Source: Octopus sinensis
Taxonomy: Eukaryota
Direction of reading: 5' to 3'
Length of the DNA stretch: 64,000 bases
Assembly (NCBI RefSeq): GCF_006345805.1
Contig: NC_043000.1
Coordinates: 26,660,001 to 26,724,000 of the forward strand
Under the pieces are notes generated by a model that made no database searches, was not told the DNA's origin, and worked only from the letters and a program-made list of their open reading frames with translations. Position numbers and translations under genes: made by a program. Within the stretch, counting starts at the first letter, position 1. Each line of letters starts with the position of its first letter. This document shows positions 1 through 12,035 of the stretch, one piece after another.

Positions 1-497
1 TATTCAAAACATCCAACGAAACCAACAATGCAAGAAACTAAGTTAAATAATCCATTAAATTTTTTAAAACTACCAAACCATTAAACTACCAAACCATTAA
101 ACAATCAAACACTTAAATCGATAAAGATGCAAGTCAAACTAAGATAAAAAAAAAAAGACTAAAGATTAACAAGAAAAATGGAGTCACATGAAAACTACAA
201 TACAGAGAGCTTACTTAGGAAAGAACGAATCCATCAAACTAAACAACTGAAATAGAAAATCAACAATGAAGGCAGTAAATTAAAAAAACCGGTAAACCAG
301 AAAATCATGAAACCAAGCAAATTGAAATAGGAAAGTAAAAAAAGAAAGAAATACAAACAATAAGAATTAAATCGGAAAAAGATTTGAAAAAAGAGAAAAA
401 AAAAATCTCGTAATTTGATGTTTATCAACCAGAACCGATCAATCAAAATTAAGTTGACAAAAACCTCCCCGGAGCTCCGCCAGGAAACAGAAAACTG

Positions 498-498
498 C

Positions 499-551
<53 letters not shown>

Positions 552-570
552 TAATAATAATAATAATAAA
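498..570 (+). repeat. (AAT)n microsatellite within an A/C-rich low-complexity tract (1-900)
   Basis: Direct AAT array; it explains the poly-N and poly-L ORFs at 234-612. Confidence 0.95.
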
Positions 571-968
571 AACACTGGCAATAACGACAGCATTAACAAT
601 AACAACGGCTAAAAATCAGAGAAGCAATAGCAAAAGATGACAACAATAACATGGGAAATAACAGCAACAACAGAAATAGCAACAGTACAAACAACTAAAG
701 CAAGGGAAATAGCAGCTCGTATTCAACAACAAAGCAGTAATAACAACGAGTACGATTGTAAAGATAATAGCAATAGCACAGGAAATAATAACAAACAGGT
801 AACAACCACAACAACCACAACAACAACAACAACAATAACAACTACAAGAAATAAAGGAAAATGGTAAATATTTAAGAAATACGAATACAATTTAATTTTT
901 AACGTAAATACAGTTACTTGTAGGTAGAAAATAATTAAATAATTAGAACGAATAAAATAGAATGATAT

Positions 969-1569
969 ATTTCTTTACTGCCCACAAGGGGCTAAATATA
1001 GAGGGGGAGAAAGAAGGACAGACAAAGGGATTAAGTCGATTACATCGACCTCAGTGCGTAACTGGTACTTAATTTATCGACCCCGAAAGGATGAAAGGCA
1101 AAGTCGACCTCGGCGGAATTTGAACTCAGAATGTAACGACAGACGAAAAACCTATTTCTTTACTACACACAAGGAGCTAAACATAAAGGGGAGAAACAAG
1201 GACAGATAAAGGGATTAAGTCGATTACATCGACCTCAGTGCGAAACTGGTACTTTATTTATCGACCCCCAAAGGATGAAAGGCAATATCGACCTTCGGAT
1301 GAATTTGAACTCAGAATGTAACGACAGACGAAATACCTATTTCTTTATTACCCACAAGGGGCTAAACACAGAGAGGACAAACAAGGACAGACATAGGTAT
1401 TAAGTCGCTTACATCGACCCCAGTGCGTAACTGGTACTTAATTTATCGACCCCGAAAGGATGAAAGGCTAAGTCGACCTCGGCGGAATTTGAACTCACAA
1501 CATAGCGGCAGACGAAATACCGCTAAGCATTTCGCCCAGCGTGCTAACGTTTCTGCCAGCTCGCCGCCT
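969..1569 (-). mobile_element. tRNA-derived SINE family A (Nin/Deu-domain-like), one head plus three 185-bp tandem units
   Basis: On the minus strand, head AGGCGGCGAGCTGGCAGAAACGTTAGCAC, B-box GAGTTCAAATTCC and core GCCTTTCATCCTTTCGGGGTCGATAAATTAAGTACC. Unit ends fall at 969, 1154 and 1339. Confidence 0.9.
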
Positions 1570-1574
1570 AAAAT

Positions 1575-2010
1575 AGAATAAAATAGAATAATATCTACGG
1601 TAAAATAGAATTACACCTTGGTGAAATGAAATTAGACCTAAGGAAAATAGAATTATATCTGGGTAAAGTATATTTAACCGAAGGTAAAATAAAAATAGAG
1701 TAGGGCAAAATAGAATTAGTTCTAGCTAAAATATAACTAGAAAAGAGTAAAATAGAATGTTGTCTGCGTAAATAGTTATTAAGCCAAGGTATATTTGAAT
1801 TAAATTTAGGTAAAATGAATAAAGAACGGTTTAAAATAGAATCAGACACTTAGGTGAAATCTAATTAGAATAGACTAAAACCAGGTTAATTATAATTAGA
1901 ACAAGTTAAAATAGAAATAGTTTTGTAAAATAATTAGCTTTAGGTAAAACTGAATTACATCTTGGTAAAATATAATTAGACCGAGATAAAATAGAATTAT
2001 TAAAATGAAA
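1575..2010 (+). repeat. Degenerate ~21-bp minisatellite (GGTAAAATAGAATTAGACCTA-like)
   Basis: TAAAATAGAATTA recurs at about 21-bp spacing; the antisense ORF 1595-1849 shows a matching 7-aa period (NSILP..). Confidence 0.7.
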
Positions 2011-2377
2011 TAATATTGCTCTAACACTGATGCATCATGGGAAGCTACATGTCAGCGCAGTTGTATAATTTTCCATCGTAGAAACCATAATTATCGACGC
2101 ACGCATACATATATGTGTGTGCAAGTGTATGCGTGTACATTTGAGAGTATATGTGAGTGTGTGTGTGTGTGTGTACACACGCCTGTGTAACAGTATGAAT
2201 GTGTATTTGGTCTTGTGTGTGTTCTATGTTTATCTGCGTGTTTGCATGGTGTTTTGCAATGAGATTACATTTGAGGTTGATTAATGCTGTGAGAATTTTT
2301 TGTTCTCTTGTACGAATATGGCTACACAATCGGGTGTATTTATATATAATACATACCATACATACATGAACGTATAT

Positions 2378-2426
<49 letters not shown>

Positions 2427-2687
2427 TATATATAATATATATATATATGTGCGTGCATGTGTTGCAGTGGTTGTGTTCTGAGGCAGATGTGTTTAATTGA
2501 GTTAAAGCTATGTGTATAGTAACGTTGGTATTTCGTGTGGCTTTCTAAATTTCTCGGATTCTGTGGATTTGCACGAATGTATTGCGTAACAATCTCCGAC
2601 TTTATATATCGGTATGTGTTTATTATGTGCATATCATTTAAAATGTGTCTTTACACATAAGCTTGCGTAAATACACATAATTGGAAT

Positions 2688-3070
2688 GGAAGCACTCCGT
2701 CGGTTACGACGATGAGGGTTCCGGTTGATCCGATCAACGGAACAGCCTGCTCGTGAAATTAACGTGTAAGTGGCTGAGCACTCCACAGACACGTGTACAC
2801 TTAACGTAGTTCTCGGGGATATTCAGCGTGACACAGAGAGTGACAAGGCCGGCCCTTTGAAATACAGGTACAACAGAAACAGGAAGTAAGAGTGAGAGAA
2901 AGTTGTGGTGAAAGAGTACAGCAGGGATCACCACCATCCCTGCCGGAGCCTCGTGGAGCTTTAAGTGTTTTCGCTCAATAAACACTCACAACGCCCGGTC
3001 TGGGAATCGAAACCGCGATCCTACGACCGCGAGTCCGCTGCCCTAACCACTGGGCCATTGCGCCTCCACA
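2688..3070 (-). mobile_element. tRNA-derived SINE family C, full length
   Basis: Minus-strand head GTGGAGGCGCAATGGCCCAGTGGTTAGGGCAGCGG...GGTTTCGATTCC and tail ...GTCGTAACCGACGGAGTGCTTC; near-identical copy at 26903-27273. Confidence 0.9.
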
Positions 3071-3107
3071 CACATAATTATACATAACCATATAAACGTA
3101 TTTATAG

Positions 3108-3412
3108 GAGCACTCCGTCGGTTACGACGACGAGGGTCCCAGCTGATACGATCAACGAAACAGCCTGCACGTGAAATTAACGTTTAAGTGGCTGACCCCT
3201 CCACAGACATGTGTACCCTTAATGTAGATCTCGGGGAGATTCAGCGTGACGCAGTGTGACAAAGCCGGACCTTTGAAATACAGGTACAACACACTTTTGC
3301 CAGCTGAGTGGACTGGAGCAACGTGAAATAAAGTGTCTTGTTCGCTGGGAATCGAACTCACGACATTACGATCGTGAGCCGATTGCCGTAACCTCAAAAC
3401 CACGCACCTTCA
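3108..3412 (-). mobile_element. SINE family C variant (different middle, same 3' tail)
   Basis: Shares the GTACCTGTATTTCAAAGG...GTCGTAACCGACGGAGTGCT tail; similar copy at 53200-53497. Confidence 0.8.
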
Positions 3413-3449
3413 CATAACGTATGTATATAGAAAGAGTAAAAACATATAG

Positions 3450-3497
<48 letters not shown>

Positions 3498-3679
3498 TCG
3501 AATATTTCTTTATGTTGAGTCCAAGGATTCATATGACGACTTGTCGGTTACCATGGCATAAAAATGACCGGGGTCACACTTCCCTGTACAGGACGCCGGT
3601 TTATTGCAGGCTTCATGGTCAGCAATGTTGAAAGGAGAGGAGAAGTCTATTACTTCGACCCTTGTACATGACTGGTACC

Positions 3680-3719
<40 letters not shown>

Positions 3720-3721
3720 AC

Positions 3722-4160
3722 ATAGGTGCAGGAGTGGCCGTGTAGTAAGATCCTTGCTTACAAACCACTTGGTCCCGGATTCAGTCTCAGTGCGTGACAC
3801 CTTCGGCAAGTATCTTCAACTATAGCCTCGGGCGACCAGAGCCTTGTGAAACTGAAAGTCCGTTGTATATATATATATATACATGTATGTATGTATGTAT
3901 GTATGTATGTATGTATGTATGTATGTATGTATGTATGTATGTATGTATATGTTTGTGTGTGTGTATTTGTTCCCCCACCATCGCTTGACAACCGATGTTG
4001 GTGTGTTACGTTCTCGTAACTTAGCGGTTCGGAAGAAGAGACGGGTAGAATAAGTACTAGGCTTACAAGAAATAAATACTGGGGTCGATTTGTTCGACTA
4101 AAGGCGATACTCCAGCATGACTGCAGTCAAATGAGTGAAACAAATAAAAGAATAAAAGAA
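3722..4160 (+). mobile_element. tRNA-derived SINE family B with internal microsatellite
   Basis: Head AGGTGCAGGAGTGGCCGTGTAGTAAG, internal (TA)/(ATGT)n, tail CAGTCAAATGAGTGAAACAAATAAAAGA. Confidence 0.85.
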
Positions 4161-4260
4161 TATACATATATATATGTGTGTGTGTGTGTGCCCCAGCATG
4201 ACCGCAGCTTTAAAGCTGAAACAATTAACAATTTAAAGAATTTTAAGAATGTATATACAT

Positions 4261-4301
4261 ACTAGACAACCCGTGAACCGTTGGGTCACTGACGGTTCAC
4301 G
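4261..4301 (-). mobile_element. Helitron-like 3' terminus (hairpin + CTAG|T)
   Basis: Minus strand reads CGTGAACCGT-loop-ACGGTTCACG, then GGTTGTCTAG|T. The 5' end was not located. Confidence 0.45.
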
Positions 4302-4636
4302 ATATAACACATTGAAGGTGATTTCAGCATTGCATTGAAATGGAAGTTAATTTTATGATGATTCAGTTAAATATTTCAATTCGTTCGTGTCATCACAGCT
4401 CTGGTTTACAAGTTGATGTTTAAGGTTTTATTGATTATTTACAGCAGCTAATAGAAATAGAACTTCCGGGATGAACTTGAACTCCAGTAACTGAATTTAT
4501 TTATGGTGTATGTGCACACTTCTGTAAAAATGCAAAAGGAATTGCTACATAAATTAAACATAAATTAAACAGCGGTGGTGCCCCAGCATGGACGCGGCCT
4601 TCGGGCTAAAACATTTTAAAGGATTTAAGGATTTAT

Positions 4637-4808
4637 ATAGGCGTAGGAGTGGCTGTGTGGTAAGTAGCTTGCTTACGAACCACATGGTTTCGGGTTTAGT
4701 CCCACTACGTGGCACCTTGGCCAAGTGTCATCTACTATAGCCTTGGGCCGACCAAGGCCTTGTGAGTGGATTTGGTAGACGGAAACTGAAAGAAGCCCGT
4801 TGCATATA

Positions 4809-4869
<61 letters not shown>

Positions 4870-5110
4870 TATATATACATGTATGTATGTATGTATATGT
4901 TTGTGTGTGTGTATTTGTTCCCCCACCATCGCTTGACAACCGATGTTGGTGTGTTACGTTCTCGTAACTTAGCGGTTCGGAAGAAGAGACGGGTAGAATA
5001 AGTACTAGGCTTACAAGAAATAAATACTGGGGTCGATTTGTTCGACTAAAGGCGATACTCCAGCATGACTGCAGTCAAATGAGTGAAACAAATAAAAGAA
5101 TAAAAGAATA
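4637..5110 (+). mobile_element. SINE family B
   Basis: Head AGGCGTAGGAGTGGCTGTGTGGTAAGTAGCTTGCTT, internal (TA)n, family tail. Confidence 0.9.
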
Positions 5111-5371
5111 TACATATATATATATATAATATATATATATATGTGTGTGTGCAGGTTCGCGTGTATTTTTGCGCCTGTGTTTGAATCACCACCGCATGAC
5201 AACTGGTATTGGTTCGTTTACGTTATCCTAATTTAGCAGTTTGGCCAAAGAAACCAATGATGTTAGGCTGAAAAAATTAGTACTGGGGTCAATTTGTGTA
5301 ACTGAAACATTTTGAGTCGGTGCAGCAGTATGGCCACAGAGTCCAATGACAAAAATAAATGAATAAAAATT

Positions 5372-5538
5372 ATAGGCGTAGGTGTGGCTGTGTGGTAAGT
5401 AGCTTGCTTACGAACCACATGGTTCCGAGTTCAGTCCCACTGCGTGGCATCCTGGGCAAGTGTCTTCTACTATATAGCCTCGAGCCGACCAAAGCCTTGT
5501 GAGTGGATTTGGTAGACGGAAGCTGAAAGAAGCTCGTC

Positions 5539-5615
<77 letters not shown>

Positions 5616-5830
5616 TATATAAGTTTGTGTGTCTGTTTGTCCCCCAACATCACTTGACAACCGATGGTGGTGTGTTTTCGTCACAGTAACTTAGCGGTTT
5701 GGCAAAAGAGACCGATATAACAAGTACTAGGTTTACAAAGAATAAGTCCTGGGGTCGATTTGCTCGACTAAAGGGGGTGCTCCAGCATGGCCACAGTCAA
5801 ATGACTGAAACAACTAAAAAGAGTAAAAAC
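5372..5830 (+). mobile_element. SINE family B, full length (a degenerate 3' half also lies at ~5135-5370)
   Basis: Same head, B-box GAGTTCAGTCC, (TA)(TG)n core and tail ATGACTGAAACAACTAAAAAGAGTAAAA. Confidence 0.9.
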
Positions 5831-6576
5831 TTGATAATTAACTAAATTATTATTGTTGATGTTGATCCACAAATATTTCACCTCAGCTATCGTGAGTTTG
5901 TATGTAGAGATTCTTCCCGGCCTTACGTGAAAAAGCAACATGATTTTACGCACAACTATTATTGTCAGTACACCTGTTTTTCCTTTCCATTTACTCTTCA
6001 TCCTTTTATCTATCTAATGTATTGAAATGGAGCTTCTGCCCAAAATGTCAAAGGCATTATCACTTCTTTAATCCTTCACTTAGCGTTAGATTAATAATTT
6101 CATTGTCTTCCATGCTGATATATTTGTCGTATATTTTGAACACATAAATAAAAAAAAACTTATATATTATTAAACGGAAGTTCAGCGTGACTCTGACCTG
6201 CCAGTTTCGTTGGCTGCATCGAATGAAATAGTGAAAACGTAAGACTGGAACACGGCTATGAGGGGAACCAATTAGTGAAAGAAAGATTTAAGAATGGAGA
6301 AGATTGATTTTAAATGTGTGAAGAAAATGTCACACACACACACACACACAGACACAAACGCAAACACACACATGCACACACGCATGCGCGTACAAAATGA
6401 ATAAGTGAGACAGACTGAAAACAGAAATAACAAATGGTAGACTGCAAATATCTCAACATATCTCTTGTTCAAAGACGGCTTATCAATATATAGCGAAAGA
6501 TATGAAGTTGAATACATAAACACCAAGAAATACAAGAACCGAAGGAAGTCTAAAAATTAAGACATGCACAGTCATA

Positions 6577-6629
<53 letters not shown>

Positions 6630-6630
<1 letters not shown>

Positions 6631-6981
6631 CACGAGCAGAAGTAGTGGGGGAGCATCATAGCCATGTGTTGAGAGGGATTCTTTGGGGTTTGAATAGTTC
6701 ACCTCTGGAAACATGGGTGGTTCTTTCAACATCCTTAAACAACCCTTATTCAGGGACCGTTTGAGCGGGATGGGCTACTCAACCTGAAGAAAATTCTAAC
6801 TGGGCCCCACCTGCAAGGTCATGTGCTGTTTATCTTGATATGAGATCACCATGTCGTGCACATATGGGTGTGATGCATGTGCCTGGTGTACCTTTATCAG
6901 ACGGGTAGTCATGATGGGTATATTGGGCTTCGTATATTTTACCCCAGTGTCACTTTGATGGCATGAACTGCTCTCTCACTC

Positions 6982-6982
<1 letters not shown>
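6630..6982 (+). mobile_element. Retroposon family D, 5'-truncated copy embedded in (TAA)n
   Basis: Matches 32320-32644 and 30621-30722; ends ...CTGCTCTCTCACTC followed by (AAT)n, with (AAT)n also upstream. Confidence 0.85.
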
Positions 6983-7016
<34 letters not shown>

Positions 7017-7066
7017 TAATAATAATAATAATGATGATAATAATAATAATAATAGTAATAATAATA

Positions 7067-7110
<44 letters not shown>

Positions 7111-7121
7111 TAATAATGATG

Positions 7122-7163
<42 letters not shown>
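6983..7163 (+). repeat. (AAT)n microsatellite
   Basis: Direct array. Confidence 0.95.
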
Positions 7164-7164
<1 letters not shown>

Positions 7165-7498
7165 GTGCAAATATTTCCCTGTTAATATACAAATACGCAT
7201 TCAAACAAAAACCTCCCCCTATATATGGACATCTAAACAAATTAGAGTATGGACACAAGCACATGCATACATATATAAATGTATAACCACAAACATATGC
7301 ATTATTAAACACGTACGAAATACACTCACATACACACGCACATATGCATAAAACTATATGCTTATATGAATGAAGGGAATGTAAACAAATATTAATTTAA
7401 ACGAGGATACATCTAAATATGTACAGAATTCTATTTAAATAAGTGTGGAATGTGGGTAAACATGAAATATAATATGCATGAAAACAATTTAGATACGA

Positions 7499-7535
<37 letters not shown>

Positions 7536-7555
7536 ATATATATATACGTACATAC

Positions 7556-7592
<37 letters not shown>

Positions 7593-7869
7593 ATATATAT
7601 ATATATAAAATATACATAGGTATATATCAATGTACATATATGTATTTAGATATACTGATATCTATATACAATCATAAATATCTACGCATGCACACACACT
7701 CATATATATATAACTTTATACTTATGTATTTATGCATACATATACATATACACCTATATATCTGTATATATATATATCGATACATAAATATTTGTAATGG
7801 ATATGGATACATATATCTACATATACATATCTATATCTATCTACCTATCTATTATATACGTATACATGC

Positions 7870-8087
<218 letters not shown>

Positions 8088-8822
8088 TGTAAATAAGCAT
8101 ACGAAAATAAGCAAAATAGTAATTCAGAGAAAGCAATCTATGTAAAAATAAACCGAATGACTCACGAAAGAAAATATAAAAATGGTGGAGATAAGGCCTG
8201 TTAGTGTTGGATATAGAAAGTGATTAGATAATGTGAAGAGATGAAGAGCAGGAGAAGGATTGAAGCCCTTCATTTGAAAAGGGTAAAAATGGGAGAGGGG
8301 AAAAGCAGATCATATTGGAGGATTTAGTAGATGAAAGATCAAAGGCTAAAGTTTGAATGTTTTAAATTTGAATATGAAAGAGGGAAAGAGTGAGAATTTT
8401 AAAGGCAATATTGCGCAGGAAACGAAAATATATTACGTAATTTTTTTGGAAAGTGAGGGTGTTGGTCAACAAATTTAGAACACGAATGTGCGCGTTAGAA
8501 GGCAAATAGCTAATTGTATTAGAAATAGAGGGATTAAAAGGCGATAAATAACTAAATCTTGGAATTTGATTAAGTTCTGAAAGGTAAAATATATTTTGGA
8601 GAAACATAGTATTGTATAAATATGAAAATTACATGCTTTGTTAAAGCAAAGGGACAGAGAAATCGTTAGCGGATAGTGTATGAAAAAGTTGTTACAAGAA
8701 AGGAAGAAGTAAACGGCCAACCGGAATTTCTACAACCGAAAAAAATGAGTGAAGTTATGTTCTAACAACGAAAGAAATATAGGCGCAGATGCGTCTGTGT
8801 GCAAAGAATATTACTTCCAAAT

Positions 8823-9236
8823 AGGCGGCGGGCTGGCAGAATCGTTAGCACGTCGGGCGAAATGCTTAGCAGTATTTCATCTGCCGCTACATTGAGTTCA
8901 AATTCCGCCGAGGTCGACTTTGCCTTTCATCCTTTCGGCGTCGATTAAATAAGTACCAGTTACGCACTGGGGTCGATGTGATCGACTTAATCCGTGTGTC
9001 TGTCCTTGTTTGTCCCCTCTGTGTTTAGTCTCCAGTGGGTAGTAAAGAAATAGGTATTTCGTCTGCCGTTACGTTCTAAGTTCAAATTCCGCCGAGGTCG
9101 ACTTTGCCTTTCATCCTTTGTGGGTCGATAAATAAAGTACCAGTTTCGCACTGGGGTCGATGTAATCGACCTAATCCGTTTGTCTGTCCTTGTTTGTCTC
9201 CTCTGTGTTTAGCCCATTGTGGACAATAAAGAAATA
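8823..9236 (+). mobile_element. SINE family A, head plus two tandem units
   Basis: AGGCGGCGGGCTGGCAGAATCGTTAGCACG head; the core occurs twice, joined at AAAGAAATAGGTATTTCGTCTG. Confidence 0.9.
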
Positions 9237-9424
9237 AATATTATTTCCAAACCACATAGTCCCGGTTCAATCATACTGCGTGACACTTTGGGCAGTTTTT
9301 TATGCTGTGGACTGGGGTTGATCTTGTGAGTGAATTTGGCAGACGGAAATTGATAGAAGCCCATCGTATGTATGTATGTGTGTGTGGAGTACCTTGGCAG
9401 CATAAGTACCTTGGCAGCATAAGT

Positions 9425-10195
9425 ACCTTGGCAGCACAATCTTAGCCGATGGATCACTGGGCAGCAAAATTTTATTCAGAATCCACAAGGCCAGCCAAGC
9501 ACTTGTGAAACTGAATGTGAAAGTCCTCTTGCAAAAAGGAATCAAAAGGTAACAGAATGTCGACAAAGCTCAGCTCAACGTCTACAATTCTGTAGTCGTC
9601 TATATCACTACTGTATGGATATGAAACATGAATCCCATATTGACGGCACACCAAACAGTTGGAGCAGTTTCACACATGGGTACTGTGCAGGAACATGGGA
9701 ACTCGCTGGCAGGACAGATTACAAACCAAGGAGTGCTGGACAGGGCTAGTTCAAAAAGTATTGAGTCAATGTTGTTCAAGGCTCAGCTATGATAGAGTTG
9801 CTCCGTCATCAGAATGACTGATAATCCAGACATCAGTTGTATAGCGAGCCCACGCAGGGTTCAGGAAACGAGAGCCTAAACCGAGTTTCAAAGACATCCT
9901 GAAACGCAACCTCAAATGGAGCGGCATTAGTCCACGTAAACTTGAAGCCTCTGCCGCAGACAGACAAGCGTGGAAGCCTCTCATCCCAAGAGCCGCAGCT
10001 GCCTTCCAAGTGCACCGGCCACAGCGTCTTCTTGGTGCTGCAAGAAAAAATTTCACCGGGTAGCGTCCTCCTCAATCCAGTCAAGAGATTATCGCTGTGA
10101 CCACTGTGGGCGCTTGTGTGTTTCCAGGTTTGGATTCATGTGTTCTCATCGCTGACAGCACAGACTTTGTCATCATCGGGCACTGACAGATACCA
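9425..10195 (+). mobile_element. RTE-clade LINE, decayed 3' fragment (post-RT region and C-terminal zinc-finger-like motif)
   Basis: Frameshifted peptides RIHKASQAL, KQLEQFH, G(F)RKR..KP.FKDILKRNLK and terminal CDHCGRLCVSRFGFMCSHR. Confidence 0.8.
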
Positions 10196-10204
10196 ACAAT
10201 ATAT

Positions 10205-10545
10205 GTATGCATATGCTTAGCGGTATTTCGTCTGTCGCTACGTTCTGAGTTCAAATTCCGCCGAGGTCGACATTGCCTTTCATCCTTTCGGGGGTCGACT
10301 AAATAAGTACCAGTTACGCATTAGTGAATAATGGTTTCAAATTTTGGTACAAGGCCAGCAATTTTGAGAGAAGGTTTTAATCGATTACACCAATCGCAAT
10401 ATTCAACTTGTATTTTGTATTTTATTTTATTGAGCCAAAAGGATGCCAGGCGACGGATTTTGAACTCAGAACGTAAAGAACAGAGGACATCCCGCAAAGC
10501 ATTTTATCCGACGCTATAACGATTCTTCCAGCCCATCGCCTTAAA
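10205..10545. mobile_element. Two SINE family A fragments in opposite orientation
   Basis: Plus-strand core at 10220-10320, then a degenerate minus-strand copy with the tail GGTTTCAAATTTTGGTACAAGGCCAGCAATT. Confidence 0.7.
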
Positions 10546-10708
10546 TGGAAAAACAAAAACAGCTCCTCCCCGCCAAAGTATGACTGCAAATAAATAAAAA
10601 TTAGAAAATTTTCTCATTAAAAATCTAATGAGATAAAATATCTAATGATGCAAGTATGCAAAACTTTAGGTATTTACTACGAAAAAATTGTTTTGAAAAT
10701 TCAATTAT

Positions 10709-10940
10709 ATATTTCTTTATTGGCCACAAGGGGCTAAACATAGAGGGGACAAACAAAGACAGACAAAGGGATTAAGTCGATTACATCTACCCCAGTGCAT
10801 AATGGTACATTATTTATCGACCCCGAAAGGATGGAAGGCAAAGACGACCTCGGCGGAATTTGAACTCGGAACATCACGGCAGACGAAATACCGCTAAGCA
10901 TTTTGTCCGGCGTGCTAACGTTTCTGCCAGCTCGCCGCCT
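10709..10940 (-). mobile_element. SINE family A, single unit
   Basis: Head and core as in 969-1569. Confidence 0.9.
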
Positions 10941-11039
10941 TTAAGAATTCAATTATAGTATTACATATGTGAGACTTTACTATATCTTTTATCTTTTATC
11001 TATCATGGGTTTCAGCCAGAGGCTGAGGTCATGCTGGTG

Positions 11040-12035
11040 CACCGCCTTTACTGCGCCCAGGGATTTTTCCAGTATTGCTGCTGGTGAAATAGTGATTTGG
11101 ACGTTGCGGCGATGTGGGTTCATCCAGAATTGCAGATAAAAAGCTGCCTGGACGTTCTTTGATGACTTCTATGTCTACACCTTGCTTTGAAGACTTCCAT
11201 GTCTACACCCTGATGTTCTGTGGTAGAGAATTAAAAAAAATTGTGGTCCCTTGAATCCCAAGCCATTACAATATTGGGTTCATATCGTCAATGGAGAAAA
11301 TGGGACCTTTGGTACTGGGCAGTGCCGTCCAGGTCGGAGATTCTTGTAGATTTCAATTCTGAAATTTGGAGCCAGACTCTCCATTATTTTCGACATGTAG
11401 AGCACTGTATATCTCTCACGTATCCTCTTCAGGGAACAGAGTCCCAGTGCCTTCAATCTCTTCCAGCAACACATGTATTTTACTGAGCCTGTCTTCTTTG
11501 TGAAGTGGCGTTGGATCGCTTCTAGTTTCGCAATTAGTTTTACACTCTATTGGGCCCACAGTTGGGAGCAGTAGTCCAAACGACTGAGGACAAAGGTTCT
11601 TCAAAGCATTGAGTCTATTTTCCTGGTCCTAAAGGATTTAAAGATCCAACCTTCTACCCGCCTGCATAGTGTTACCATCTCAGCAATTTGCTCATGGTAG
11701 GTTGCGTCGTTGCTCATGTGGATTCCCAGGTCACGCAACGACTCTAATTCTGGATTACATGGCCTGGTCGTTCCGTGTACTCCAGCTGTAATTTGTTTGT
11801 AGGCTGACGGCAGAGTGCTTGGAATTTTGCGCCATTGAACTGCATATTATTCTCATCAGCCGATTTATATATTGCGTTCAGGTTCTTCTGCAGTCTTAGG
11901 AAGTCAGTAGGATCTTTGACCGCCTGCGATACTTTTGTATCATTGGCGTAGCTGATGAGTGCGGATGACTCCATGGCTGAGTGTATGTCCATGAGAGCAA
12001 CCACAAACAGTAGTGGACACAGCACTGTTCCTTTT
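11040..12035 (-). mobile_element. CR1/Jockey-group LINE, decayed RT and C-terminus
   Basis: GTVLCPLLFVVAL...LISYANDTKV (YADD motif) and MQFNGAKFQ in ORF 11744-12226; downstream LGFKGPQ and FLSAILDEPTS in shifted frames. Confidence 0.85.

Noticed and set aside
2995-3070. Functional tRNA genes at SINE heads (also 27200-27273, 40213-40277)
   Set aside because: They are continuous with SINE bodies and lack complete cloverleaf pairing.
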